Below, piece by piece: positions 47,655 through 57,368 of a stretch of 64,000 nucleotides of DNA. The stretch's first letter is position 1, and the number at the start of each line of letters is the position of its first letter. The notes below the pieces were generated by a model. It did no database searches and was not told the origin of the DNA. It saw nothing but the letters and a program-made list of their open reading frames with translations. The position numbers and the translations under genes were made by a program. Source of the stretch: Candidatus Kuenenia stuttgartensis (GTDB lineage: Bacteria; Planctomycetota; Planctomycetia; Pirellulales; UBA1268); the NCBI GenBank assembly GCA_945890755.1, contig CAMDDA010000001.1:7656-71655 (forward strand), written 5' to 3'.

Positions 47655-49643
47655 CTACGAACCCGTCGGCTCGTCTGTCTTGGGCTTCTCCTCGACGTAG
47701 CCCTTGGGCATCGGGAAGGCCCGGGCCGGGTCGAGGCCGGCAGCCGTGGCCTGCTCGGCGAGCGAGTCCTTGAGCTTGGGCCAGGCCCGGAGCTTGAGTT
47801 CGTCGGGCGCCCAGGCCCAGATCCGGGCCCGCATCAGCGTCGGACTCTTACCCTGCTTCATCATAAGTTCAAAACTTGCATCCACGAGTTCGGGGAACGA
47901 GCCGATGTCTACCTGCTTTTGCACGCGGATCTTTGTCGGGTCGCTGACGGAGTATTTCTTGTCGTAGACCTTGTAGGCCATCCGCAGGAACCGGTTGAAG
48001 ACGTCCATCCGGCCCTGGGCGAGCCCGTCCACGAGCGCCCGGTTCAGCATGCCGTCCACGAACTGCCGGGTGTTGTTGAGGTCGAGCTTCATCACCTCGC
48101 CGAGCCTGAGCGTCACGAACGTCTGGAGCGACTCACGGTAGATCGGCTGGTCGCCCATCCCCTGTTCCTGGGCCAGTTTCACCAGTTTCTGGAAGCACTC
48201 GTTCGCCTTGGGCTCGTCGCCGTAGACGTAGGCCATGATCGTGGCCTCGTTTAGAAACCTTTCCCAGCCCTTCATGAGATCGTCGACCTCGGCCCGGCCC
48301 CAATACTGCGTCGTCACGCCCGCCTCAGACTGGATCGTGGCAATCGCCTCGGTGAGGGCGGCTTCATAGGCCGGGATGAAGCGTGGGTCGGGCAGCAGAT
48401 CGATCCGGTCGGAGACGGCGTCGTAGTTGATTCGGCCGGTTCGCATCAGCTCGGCAATCATGTTGAGCCGGCGGCGGATCACAAGCAATTCGTTGCGGCC
48501 CTCGCGATTGCGGCTCTCGAGTGATTTCGCGTAGCCCTCTTCCATCCAGTAGATGCCCTGGGCACTCGGGTGCCGCCAATCCATGGGCCCGTATTTTTCC
48601 ATCAGCGCGACCATCTTTTTCGGATCCATCCGGTAGCGATCGAGTAACACCCGCTTCTGCAGGTGTGGGATCAGGAGTTCGAAGCAGGGCGTGCCGAGTT
48701 CTGGGGTGTTCTGCAGCGTGCCGACGAGCGGCTTGTTGGTTCCCTCGGGAACACCGCGGCCCGTCATCACGGCGGCGTCGCCGGATGCGTTCACCATAAC
48801 GACCAGGCCAAGCATCCTGAGTAAGTCTTCATTGGGCTGGGCGCCGAGGTTCCGGATCGTGTCGAGCACTGGTTGAATCTCAGGATGTGCAGCGACCAAT
48901 TCCTCCAGAGTGTCGAGGGCGTTGGCAACCCTCTCGAATGCTTGCACCACTTCCACTGCTGAGCGGCCGTAATTCTTGTCGCCGAGCACCTCCTGCATGT
49001 CGCTCACGAGCCGCTGCTTCAAAAACCAGTGCTCGCGGTCCCGGTCGCCTCCCACCTTGTCCATCAGGATCCAGCCGAGTTCCTCGTAGAGCTTGGGCGC
49101 GTTGGGATTGAGCGGAATTCCTTTCGACCGCAACATTTCGATCCCGCGACTCACCCAACCCCAGCGGTCGAGTGGCTCCTCCGCCATTACGGAGATGTTG
49201 TAGGCCATGTTGATCGCCTGGAAGCCCCAGACGTTCACGAAGTGGGGCTGCAGCGACGTGATCCACTCGGCGAGCGTCTGGGCCTCGAAATACTGTCCCT
49301 TGGCTTGGAGCTCGTCGGCCCGGATCCAGAGCACGTCGGTGGCTAGGCCGCGGAATGTGCCGAGCGCAGCCGTCGCGAGGGCCACGTGCGGCGGCATCCC
49401 CTGCGTACCCTCGACCGCCATCACGAGTTGCAGGTCGGTCCGCTGCCTGCCGATCGACTTGAGCAGAAAGCCGGCCCCAATGAGGCAGCAGATGATGATT
49501 CCGCCGCAAATTGCTTCGACGATCCAGTCGCGGCTGCCGATCGGCTGGGCGGCCGTCGGCGTGCCTGGATCGTGTTCCAGCCCGTCGCGAGATCGGGCGC
49601 TAGCGGTGCTTGGACGACGGGGCTGGGCGATGGCGGTGCTCAT
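47655..49643 (-). CDS. membrane-anchored hypothetical protein (662 aa, helical-repeat-like), last gene of the SPFH-ABC operon
   Basis: ATG at 49643 is preceded by GGAGG, 16 nt after the permease stop. One N-terminal TM helix (IVEAICGGIIICCLIGAGFLL). Long ORF with unbiased composition. No family recognised. Confidence 0.6.
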   Translation of the reverse strand: MSTAIAQPRRPSTASARSRDGLEHDPGTPTAAQPIGSRDWIVEAICGGIIICCLIGAGFLLKSIGRQRTDLQLVMAVEGTQGMPPHVALATAALGTFRGLATDVLWIRADELQAKGQYFEAQTLAEWITSLQPHFVNVWGFQAINMAYNISVMAEEPLDRWGWVSRGIEMLRSKGIPLNPNAPKLYEELGWILMDKVGGDRDREHWFLKQRLVSDMQEVLGDKNYGRSAVEVVQAFERVANALDTLEELVAAHPEIQPVLDTIRNLGAQPNEDLLRMLGLVVMVNASGDAAVMTGRGVPEGTNKPLVGTLQNTPELGTPCFELLIPHLQKRVLLDRYRMDPKKMVALMEKYGPMDWRHPSAQGIYWMEEGYAKSLESRNREGRNELLVIRRRLNMIAELMRTGRINYDAVSDRIDLLPDPRFIPAYEAALTEAIATIQSEAGVTTQYWGRAEVDDLMKGWERFLNEATIMAYVYGDEPKANECFQKLVKLAQEQGMGDQPIYRESLQTFVTLRLGEVMKLDLNNTRQFVDGMLNRALVDGLAQGRMDVFNRFLRMAYKVYDKKYSVSDPTKIRVQKQVDIGSFPELVDASFELMMKQGKSPTLMRARIWAWAPDELKLRAWPKLKDSLAEQATAAGLDPARAFPMPKGYVEEKPKTDEPTGS

Positions 49644-49659
49644 GCGGTGCCTCCGGTGA

Positions 49660-51705
49660 TCACGTGTTGGAGCGGACCAGATCCCGCTGCTCGAAACAGA
49701 ACCAGGCGAGGAGGCCGAGCACGACCGGGGCGAGGAGGCCAACGCGGAGGACGCACTCGAGGACGGTCCAGACGCTCACGTTCATGCCGGTCGCGACAGC
49801 CGTGACCGCATCGTAGCGATCGAACGACGGGATCACCTTCACGAATAGCTCGCCGACCACCGCCATGATCACCTTGAAGGCCTCCCAGTACTCTCCCTTT
49901 TTCAAGAAGTCATAGAAGGAATAATATCGAAGTTCAGCCATGTCTCTCACCGTGGCGCTTGCACTGTCCATGCCGGTATAGAGTTCGAGCGAGTCTCCCA
50001 CGAACCCGCTGCCGAAGGCTGAGACAAAAATCATCAAGCTCAGGAGCACGGCCATCGGAAAGCCGAGAAACGTTGCCGACGTTATGGCGACCGCCGCGAT
50101 CATCGCCAGTTTGAGCCAGACGACGAACAAGCACTTCAGATAGTTTTGGCCGAAAGAACCGATCCGCTCGAGGAGTTCGAGCCCCTTGCCGGGTACGAGG
50201 GCGATCGTCGTAGGTCGCGTCGCTCCAGGGAGTACGAGGTTCTTGTTTGCGATCGTCAGCCGCAGCACGCCCTTGTCGTCTATGGCTTCCGTCGGAATGT
50301 CGATCGTGTGCGTGGTTTGTCCGGCAAGGGTGTAGGGGAGGTGTTCGCCATCACGATACGGGAATGGCCTGCCGTTCACCCACAGTGCGAAGCTTACGTC
50401 GGCCCGGTCATAGCCGGATCCCTCGCCGTAGGGCCGGATACGGAAATGCACGATTGGAGACGTCTTTTTGGCGTGCCCGAGGCCGGAGAAGACATACTCG
50501 CTCACCTTATCGGGGGTGATCGTGTGCCATTTGCGAAAGTACTGTTCACGGATGTTCTGTCGGGTGCCTTGCCGATCTCTTGTGAACGCGTCGGGCAAGT
50601 CCTTCTCCAACTCATCGATCACCGTTTCCACTTCCCGCGCGTACGCGTCGCCGCTGGGATGTGTGGGCCGCACACTTTGTCGGGCCGTTAGCACCTGTTC
50701 GTCGACCGCATAGCGGTCGCCCTGGCTCGTGGGCTCGGACAGGGCCAAAAGCCGCGTGAACGAATAGATCCCGATTCCGGCGACGACCACGAGCAGCGCA
50801 TTCACGGCCACGAGGCCGGCCCATTTGCCCAGCAGATACTCAGGGCGGCCGAGCGGCTTGGTGAGCGTCATGTGGATGCGGTTGGAGTCGATGTCACCTG
50901 AGAGGCTGCCGCAGCCGAGAAACACGTTCAGGAGGCCTAGTAGAAGCGTCGTCGAGCCGATTGCCCACGTGAGCAGAAACTGCACCCGGTATTCAAGTCG
51001 CTCGCCTGAGTCGAGCAGCAAGGGGAGGAGTGGCAGCGAGAGCACGAGCAAGATCAGGAGCACGAGCGCCGCCCGCATCCGGATCGCCTCGTCCACCACC
51101 GTACGGGCCACGGCCGCCCAGCCGCTGCCCGAGAGGATCGCTCGCAAGAGCGACAGACCTGCAAGAAATGCCGCGGTGATCGCGACGACGGCGCCGATCG
51201 TGATCGCCGCCGCCGAGAGCCCCTGCCGGGCAAGAAACCAGACGAGGAACCCTGTGCCAGCCAAGCCTCCCACGGCAGTGGCGAGCCAGCGGTGCTGGGG
51301 CGCTGCCTTGAACGCCCGCCAGAAGAGGAGCCCGGGTGCAGCGGCGGCGGCGAGTTGCAGCACGACGCCCAGCGGAAGCGACAGCTTTTGAGCGGCGAGT
51401 TCCGCGAGGCCGCTGCCGCCGGCAAGCAGTGCTGAGAGCAAGGCGGCGCGGGTGGCCGGGCCGACGTCCGTCGCGAGGCGCGACCCAAGCAGCGTCGAAA
51501 CGCCGAAAAACGTCCAGCCGATCGCGGCGACGAGGCCGGCCAGTCGAACGGCCGTGGCGACTGTCGGTGCGGCCTGCGCGTCGAGTAGCCAGCCGGCGGC
51601 CACCGAGGCGGCGATGATCCCGGCGAGCACGCCGGCAAAAAACACCGCCGGCCGCCATGAGCTGCCGCCGTCAAGCGCGCCTGAAGTGTGTCGGTTCGCT
51701 GCCAT
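49660..51705 (-). CDS. large ABC-2-type transporter permease-like membrane protein with extracytoplasmic domain
   Basis: ATG at 51705, 4 nt after the ATPase stop. Multiple N-terminal TM helices. ABC-2 signature ...SNRIHMTLTKPLGRPEYLLGKW. Soluble insert of about 230 aa, then C-terminal TM helices. Confidence 0.6.
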   Translation of the reverse strand: MAANRHTSGALDGGSSWRPAVFFAGVLAGIIAASVAAGWLLDAQAAPTVATAVRLAGLVAAIGWTFFGVSTLLGSRLATDVGPATRAALLSALLAGGSGLAELAAQKLSLPLGVVLQLAAAAAPGLLFWRAFKAAPQHRWLATAVGGLAGTGFLVWFLARQGLSAAAITIGAVVAITAAFLAGLSLLRAILSGSGWAAVARTVVDEAIRMRAALVLLILLVLSLPLLPLLLDSGERLEYRVQFLLTWAIGSTTLLLGLLNVFLGCGSLSGDIDSNRIHMTLTKPLGRPEYLLGKWAGLVAVNALLVVVAGIGIYSFTRLLALSEPTSQGDRYAVDEQVLTARQSVRPTHPSGDAYAREVETVIDELEKDLPDAFTRDRQGTRQNIREQYFRKWHTITPDKVSEYVFSGLGHAKKTSPIVHFRIRPYGEGSGYDRADVSFALWVNGRPFPYRDGEHLPYTLAGQTTHTIDIPTEAIDDKGVLRLTIANKNLVLPGATRPTTIALVPGKGLELLERIGSFGQNYLKCLFVVWLKLAMIAAVAITSATFLGFPMAVLLSLMIFVSAFGSGFVGDSLELYTGMDSASATVRDMAELRYYSFYDFLKKGEYWEAFKVIMAVVGELFVKVIPSFDRYDAVTAVATGMNVSVWTVLECVLRVGLLAPVVLGLLAWFCFEQRDLVRSNT

Positions 51706-51709
51706 CGGT

Positions 51710-52939
51710 TCACCGCCGGGTGAGGGAGGCGAGCACGTCGTCGTCGGGATCGTCGTCGGGACCGGTGTCGGCCTCGACCGCCCGCGGAGCCTGTGCTGGG
51801 TGAGCTGCTCCTGGTGGGGGCGTCGGGCGGGCGACGAGTTCGGCAAGGGTGTCATCTTCACGGGTTGCGGCCGGCGCGGTCGTAGCTGGCGCAGGCTGCG
51901 GGGCGGCAGCCTTGGCGGCGAGCGAGTCCAGGATCTCAACGCCGTCGGCCTCGGTATCGCCGGCCACTTCGGTAGCACCCGCACGGAGGAAGTCGGCGAT
52001 CTGGCCGCCGCTCCGGGCGCCGCTCGTGTGCGTGCCTTCCTTGCGGGCGGTATCCACGATCTCGAGGAAGAGCGATTCGAGCCGCCGCCGCGGCTGTTCG
52101 ACGCTGCGCAGACCGAGGCCCCTCTTGGCGAGCACCGCCTGAATCTCGGCCACCGCATCTGCCGGTAGCCGGTCGGTCTGAAGGTTGGTCAGTTCCTGCT
52201 GCTCGAGCAGTTCGCCACAGGTGCCCTCGGCCCGCACCTTGCCGCCGAACATGATCGCCACGCGTTCGCAAAGGTCTTCGACGTCGGAAAGAAGATGCGT
52301 GCAGAGGAGAATCGTCTTACCCCGCTCGGCAAGCTTCTCGATCACGTCCTTGATCTGCCGCGCGCCCACCGGATCCATGCCACTCGTCGGCTCGTCGAGG
52401 ATCAAAAGCTGCGGGTCGTTGATCAGAGTCTGGGCGAGTCCGACCCGCCGTTGCATGCCTTTGGAAAACTCCCCTACGGGCCGGTGCTCGACCGCCTCGA
52501 GGCCCACCATCTCCAGGAGCTTGCTCACCCGCTCGCGGCGGATCGGTGCGGGAATCCGGAACAGCCGGCCGTAGTAGTCGAGCGTCTCGCGGGCGGAGAG
52601 GAACCGGTAGAGATAGCTTTCCTCCGGCAGGTAGCCGATCTCCTTCTTCGTATCCACGTGGCGGGGCCGCTTGCCCATCACGGCGATCCGGCCGGCCGTC
52701 GGGGTGAGCAGGCCGAGGAGCATCTTGATCGTGGTGCTCTTGCCCGAGCCGTTCGGGCCGAGCAGGCCGCACACCTGCCCGCGGCGAACCTCCAGATCGA
52801 CGCCGTCCACTGCGCGGACCCGCGGTCGCATCCAGAAGTCGCGAAAGATCTTCGTGACCCCGACGCACTTGATGTCCACGGGTCGTGAGTCGTCCGCCTG
52901 AGGAAAATAGGGACGGGAGCTATTTTTCTCTGCAATCAT
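51710..52939 (-). CDS. ABC transporter ATP-binding protein with acidic disordered C-terminal tail
   Basis: Walker A GPNGSGKST, signature FSKGMQRR, Walker B LLILDEPTSG, H-loop CTHLL. The tail of about 130 aa is rich in A/P/D/E. Confidence 0.9.
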   Translation of the reverse strand: MIAEKNSSRPYFPQADDSRPVDIKCVGVTKIFRDFWMRPRVRAVDGVDLEVRRGQVCGLLGPNGSGKSTTIKMLLGLLTPTAGRIAVMGKRPRHVDTKKEIGYLPEESYLYRFLSARETLDYYGRLFRIPAPIRRERVSKLLEMVGLEAVEHRPVGEFSKGMQRRVGLAQTLINDPQLLILDEPTSGMDPVGARQIKDVIEKLAERGKTILLCTHLLSDVEDLCERVAIMFGGKVRAEGTCGELLEQQELTNLQTDRLPADAVAEIQAVLAKRGLGLRSVEQPRRRLESLFLEIVDTARKEGTHTSGARSGGQIADFLRAGATEVAGDTEADGVEILDSLAAKAAAPQPAPATTAPAATREDDTLAELVARPTPPPGAAHPAQAPRAVEADTGPDDDPDDDVLASLTRR

Positions 52940-52987
52940 CGTGCGCTGCCTTCCGTGTGGGAAAAATAGCTCCCGTCCCTATTTTCC
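52902..52987. repeat. perfect 27-bp inverted repeat with 32-nt spacer spanning the SPFH-gene stop and ABC-ATPase start
   Basis: GGAAAATAGGGACGGGAGCTATTTTTC (52902-52928) is the exact reverse complement of 52961-52987. The spacer holds GGAAGG and ATG 52939. The right arm holds stop TAG (52979-52981). Each arm also self-folds (AAAATAG-N9-CTATTTT). Confidence 0.95.
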
Positions 52988-54292
52988 GGTCTGCAGCTGG
53001 CGGGCCCGCTGCATCTCCTTCTGCTCAGTCTTCAGGTTCTTGAGCTGCTCCCGCTGCTTCATCTTCTGGATTTCGGGATCACGATTGAGTTGGAGCTGAA
53101 GCTGGCCCGGGACGGTGTAGAACGTCTCCACGTCGCCGGTGAGGATCTGCTCGCGAGCATCCTCCCACAGCCGTGAGAGAATGATCCGCGGATTTTGCCG
53201 GAACTGCGGCAGGAGTCGCTCGAACATTTCCCGCTCCGATTTCACCCGTTCAACGACCTGGGTGCGATATGTGTTGGCCGCATTGATCACCTTCGCGGCC
53301 TCGCCACCGACCATCGCGCTCTCCACCTTGAGTTCAGCGAACGCCTGGTCGATCTGTGCCTCCGCTTCGGCTGCCTCGGCGTCAGTGCCCGCCTCCACGG
53401 CCTGTTCGTAATTGGTCACGAGGGCCACGAGCTTTTCGGCTGCCTCTCCGGCGGCCTCGGCCAGAATCCGCGTGCGATCCTGCTGGGCCGCCACGATCCG
53501 CTGCGAACGATCGGCCTCGGCGGTGGTCACGTCGTCGAAGCTCTTTACCACGGCCATCGGCGCCGTCACCTGGTCGAGATTGAGCTGGTCGATCTTCAGG
53601 CCCGTCTTCATCTCGTCGAGCCGTCGCTGGGCGATGCCGATCGCGAGCTCGCGGTTCACGACCCCCTTGAGGAAATCTTCAGCGGGCAGTTGCGCCGTCG
53701 CCTGCACGATCCCCTGTTGGATCGCGCACCGCACGATCTCTTCGCCGAGCGCGGGCTTGCCGACGTTGGTGATGTAGTCCTCCGGGTCGGCTACGCGGTA
53801 GGTGAGCGACCAGCGGGCGTGGGCGATGTTGAAGTCGCCCGTGAGGAGCGAGCCGTCCTTGATTGGATTCAGAGGCCTGGCCTGGCCCGACCGGAACGAT
53901 TCCTTCGAATCACCGCCGCCGGTGATCTCGTACCAGAACTCACGGTCGAGATCGATGGTCGTGGGCCGCGTATCAACTTTGATCACCTGCTCGATCGGGA
54001 ACGGCGCCGCGAGATACGTGCCCCGCTCGAGTACCCGCTGCCCGGGTGCGCCCACGTAGTCGCCGAACCGCAGCCGAAGGGCCACTTCGTTGGAGCCCAC
54101 GCTGAACGTGCCGCTCAGGCAGTAGGCCACGAGCAGGCCGAACATGGCGAACTTGAGAATCCCGAAGCTCACCTTGAGAGCCTCGGCGAGCGACTGCTGC
54201 GCCGGATCGAAGACGTCACCCACATCCTCGGCCTGCGCCGGGGGCGGGGCGGACTGCGGCGGGGTGAGTTCGTTGATCGTGGGGTCGCTCAT
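52979..54292 (-). CDS. SPFH/band-7 protein (HflK-like)
   Basis: N-terminal TM helix (FAMFGLLVAYCLSG), an SPFH core (EVALRLRFGDYVG...) and a long coiled-coil C-terminus. Confidence 0.75.
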   Translation of the reverse strand: MSDPTINELTPPQSAPPPAQAEDVGDVFDPAQQSLAEALKVSFGILKFAMFGLLVAYCLSGTFSVGSNEVALRLRFGDYVGAPGQRVLERGTYLAAPFPIEQVIKVDTRPTTIDLDREFWYEITGGGDSKESFRSGQARPLNPIKDGSLLTGDFNIAHARWSLTYRVADPEDYITNVGKPALGEEIVRCAIQQGIVQATAQLPAEDFLKGVVNRELAIGIAQRRLDEMKTGLKIDQLNLDQVTAPMAVVKSFDDVTTAEADRSQRIVAAQQDRTRILAEAAGEAAEKLVALVTNYEQAVEAGTDAEAAEAEAQIDQAFAELKVESAMVGGEAAKVINAANTYRTQVVERVKSEREMFERLLPQFRQNPRIILSRLWEDAREQILTGDVETFYTVPGQLQLQLNRDPEIQKMKQREQLKNLKTEQKEMQRARQLQTGK

Positions 54293-54314
54293 GTGGGCAT
54301 GTATTCCGGGAACG

Positions 54315-55253
54315 TCACTGCGGCAGCGGCCGAGACTGCGGAGCCCGCGGTTGGGCCGGGGCGGCTTGGCCAGGATCGCGGTTGAACCAGTCGAGGATGC
54401 CGAGGCTGTCGGCCGAGAGCACGAACGTCGTATTGTGGTCGAGCATCTTCTTCAGGGCCTCGACCTTGCGGAGGAACACGGCAAAGTCTTCGTTGGCCGC
54501 GAAGCTCTCGTATTCCTTGCTGGCCTCGCGGTCCCCCTTGGAGCGGATCGTCTGGGCCCGCCGCTCGGCGAAGGCGAGGATCCGCTCGCGGGCGCTCTCG
54601 GCCTCGCTACGGATCGCGGAGGCCTGGGCCTGTCCCTCCTGGAGGGCGTTTTCGCTGAGCCGCTCGCGGGTGGTGATCATCGTCTCGAACACCTTCTGCG
54701 TGGTCGATTCGGGGAGCACGATCTTGTAGATCCCCACGCTCTCCACCTTGAGGCCGTAGCCCGACTGGGCGAGCGACTTCTCGAGCGTCGCCTTGGCCTG
54801 GTCCTCGATCTCGGCGAGCTTGATTGCGTTCTTGTCGAGGTTCACCAGCTCGTCGAGCCGGTAGCGGCTGATGAGGCCGCGAATCTCGCGGAGCCGGCTG
54901 GAGAGCTGCCGCTGGGCTTCGGCCGGATCCTTGAGCGTGACGTAGAAGTCGAGCGGGTTCTCGATCCGCCAGGTGAGATACGTCTTCACGATCACGCTCT
55001 TGCCGTCGGCCGTCTGCAGTTCCTCGACGGTGTCTTCGAGCAGCTGCAGCCGCTTCGAGTAGTGCGTCACTTTGTGAATCGGCCACGGAAGGCGGAACTT
55101 GAGCCCCGGATCGGTCTGCACGCTCCCGGCGTCGGCCTTGTCGAACGTCGTGCGGACGGCCACCTGGTCGTACCGCACCTGATAGAGAAACATGTACGAA
55201 AGCAGGGCCGCGGCGATCACCGCGCCCATCAGGATCGTGAAGGAGTTTTTCAT
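54315..55253 (-). CDS. SPFH/band-7 protein (HflC-like)
   Basis: N-terminal TM helix, YQVRYDQVAVRTTFDKA...GLKFRLPWPIHKV...IVKTYLTWRI, and a coiled-coil tail. Confidence 0.8.
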   Translation of the reverse strand: MKNSFTILMGAVIAAALLSYMFLYQVRYDQVAVRTTFDKADAGSVQTDPGLKFRLPWPIHKVTHYSKRLQLLEDTVEELQTADGKSVIVKTYLTWRIENPLDFYVTLKDPAEAQRQLSSRLREIRGLISRYRLDELVNLDKNAIKLAEIEDQAKATLEKSLAQSGYGLKVESVGIYKIVLPESTTQKVFETMITTRERLSENALQEGQAQASAIRSEAESARERILAFAERRAQTIRSKGDREASKEYESFAANEDFAVFLRKVEALKKMLDHNTTFVLSADSLGILDWFNRDPGQAAPAQPRAPQSRPLPQ

Positions 55254-55265
55254 GTCGTTGCCGTT

Positions 55266-57368
55266 CTATTCACCGATGAGCGTGTCGATGGCGTTGGTCG
55301 GGTCGCTGAAGTCGAGGTTGAGCACGGGGAGGTCCCCCTTGTCGCCGGCGATCACCACCTTGCGGCGGTCCACCAACGAGTTGGCGAGCACCTCCAGATA
55401 CTGTTTCGTGCGGAAATAGGCGGGGGCGGCCTGGTAGGCGAGCAGCTGCCCGGCGAATCGCTCCAGGGCCGACCGCTCGCCGATCGTCTTTTTCCAGCGG
55501 TCGGAGCGGGCCTTATGGATGATCTCCGCCGCCTCGCCACGGGCCTCGCCGAGCAGGTCCTCGATCTCAAGCTCCTGCTTGGCGAGCTGCTGGGCGGTGA
55601 GCGGAAGGATCTCGCGGGCCCCGATCTTCGCGGCGGCCTCGGCAGCGGCGGTGCGGGAATCGTCGAGCCGGATGATCGCATCGTTGATCTTGCGACTGCG
55701 GTCCACGGAGCCGGCCACCTTGGCGAGCGTCTTGATCGCGTCCTTGTTGGCCAGCTGCACGAGCGTCTCCCGCTCCTGTTGCGCGCCGATCTGGCGGTGG
55801 AATTCGCGGGCCACCTTGCCCGGCGGCGGCTGGAGCGTCGTCACGCCCACGTCCACGATCTCGAACCCGAGGCCGAGGGCGTCGACGCGGGCCTGGATCC
55901 GCTTCTGCAGTTCCGGCCCCCCTTCCGTGCGGCCCCTGGAGAGCAGTTCCTCGAGCGTCTTGCCGGCAAAATAGGTGCTCGCCTCCTGCTGGGTCACCAG
56001 TTCGATCGATTCGCGGGCCGAGGTCGAGCCCTCGAGAAACTTCACGAGATCGCCGATCCGGTATTGCACGATCACGTCGGCCACGAGCAGCGAGAGCGAG
56101 CTGCCGCTGCCCTCGCCGGTCTCGGAGGCGCAGAGGAAGAACTCGAGGCCCATCTTCGCTGCGTCGTCGTCGCCGCCCGTCCAGAGGAGCCCTTCCCGCT
56201 TCTTCTCAAACCGGCCGAGCTTGTCGCTCGAAATCGTGAGCTGGAGCACCTTGCCTGTCGGGTAGATCTCCGAGGTTTCGAGGGGCCAGGGAGCCTTCAA
56301 GTGCATGCCGGGCCCAAGTGGGCCGCGGGCGAGCGCCCCGAACCGCAGCACCGTGCCTTGCTCGTCGGGGCCGACGATCACGAGCGTGCTCAGGGCGAAC
56401 AGCACGGCCCCGGCGAAGATGGTCAGCGGCGTCACGGCGCGGCCGAGCATCTGATAGAACCAGCTTCGCGAGACTTCGACGCCGAACTGATAGTTGATCA
56501 GTTCGCCCACCACCTGCCCGAGCGACTCAGGCGCCGTGAGCAGGCCGAGGAACCGGCTGTCGAAAGCCGGCCGCGGAATCTCGCCCGGCCGCTTCGGGCG
56601 GTAGGCGGCCAGGAGCGCCGTGAGCAAGATCTCGCCGCCGACCAGGATCATCATCCAGGGCACGAGCCGGGCAAGCCACTCGAAGAACGTCGTCTCCTTG
56701 ACGATCGCCACCGCCGCCGCCCCCGCGAAGAGCAGCGCGGCCACGAGGAACGTGCTCATCAGGTAGCTCGCGCCGCCGCGGAGCAGCTGCCACTCCCGCA
56801 CCCGCGTGTAGCCGCTGATCCAGCGGGCGGCGATAAAGGCCACGAAGGCCACGCCCGCGGTCGCGAACATCAGGCCGACGGGATTGCAGTCCTTGGCGAG
56901 CGACAGGGCGACCCGGTCGGTGCCGAGGCCCGCGGCTCGGTAGAGCATCGCCGCCCCGGCAGCGATCAAATAGATGGCCACGGCAAAGCTCACGGCCGGC
57001 AGGCCGTATGCATAGAGCCGGTCGAGTCGGTTGCGAGCCAGCTGCAGTTCGTCGCTCGTCTCGCCGAAGATCGCGGCGCTGGTCGCATCCTGCGTGGCGA
57101 GCTTCTCGGCGGCCAGCGACTCCGTCCGCTCCACGCGGTGCTGCTGATAGATGATCGCGAGGATGATCCAGATCGGGATGCCGCCGGCGATGTGCCAGGT
57201 GGCGGCCTGGATCGCAGGGCTTTGCGCCCAGGCCCCGATCAGTCCCGTGGCCACGCAGAGCACGATCTGGACGGCGAGCCCGGCAAGGGCGGCTGTCGTC
57301 GCCCGACTGTACGTCAATTCGTCGCGATTCATGCGGTTGATCCTGCCATCCCCATCATGCAGCCGCAT
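55266..57368 (-). CDS. polytopic membrane domain fused to an SPFH/band-7 domain
   Basis: Start ATG 57368 (MRLHDG) or 57332 (MNRDEL). About 330 aa with multiple TM helices, then an SPFH core (VIVGPDEQGTVLRFGALARGPLGPGMHLKAPWPLE...) and a coiled coil. Confidence 0.7.
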   Translation of the reverse strand: MRLHDGDGRINRMNRDELTYSRATTAALAGLAVQIVLCVATGLIGAWAQSPAIQAATWHIAGGIPIWIILAIIYQQHRVERTESLAAEKLATQDATSAAIFGETSDELQLARNRLDRLYAYGLPAVSFAVAIYLIAAGAAMLYRAAGLGTDRVALSLAKDCNPVGLMFATAGVAFVAFIAARWISGYTRVREWQLLRGGASYLMSTFLVAALLFAGAAAVAIVKETTFFEWLARLVPWMMILVGGEILLTALLAAYRPKRPGEIPRPAFDSRFLGLLTAPESLGQVVGELINYQFGVEVSRSWFYQMLGRAVTPLTIFAGAVLFALSTLVIVGPDEQGTVLRFGALARGPLGPGMHLKAPWPLETSEIYPTGKVLQLTISSDKLGRFEKKREGLLWTGGDDDAAKMGLEFFLCASETGEGSGSSLSLLVADVIVQYRIGDLVKFLEGSTSARESIELVTQQEASTYFAGKTLEELLSRGRTEGGPELQKRIQARVDALGLGFEIVDVGVTTLQPPPGKVAREFHRQIGAQQERETLVQLANKDAIKTLAKVAGSVDRSRKINDAIIRLDDSRTAAAEAAAKIGAREILPLTAQQLAKQELEIEDLLGEARGEAAEIIHKARSDRWKKTIGERSALERFAGQLLAYQAAPAYFRTKQYLEVLANSLVDRRKVVIAGDKGDLPVLNLDFSDPTNAIDTLIGE

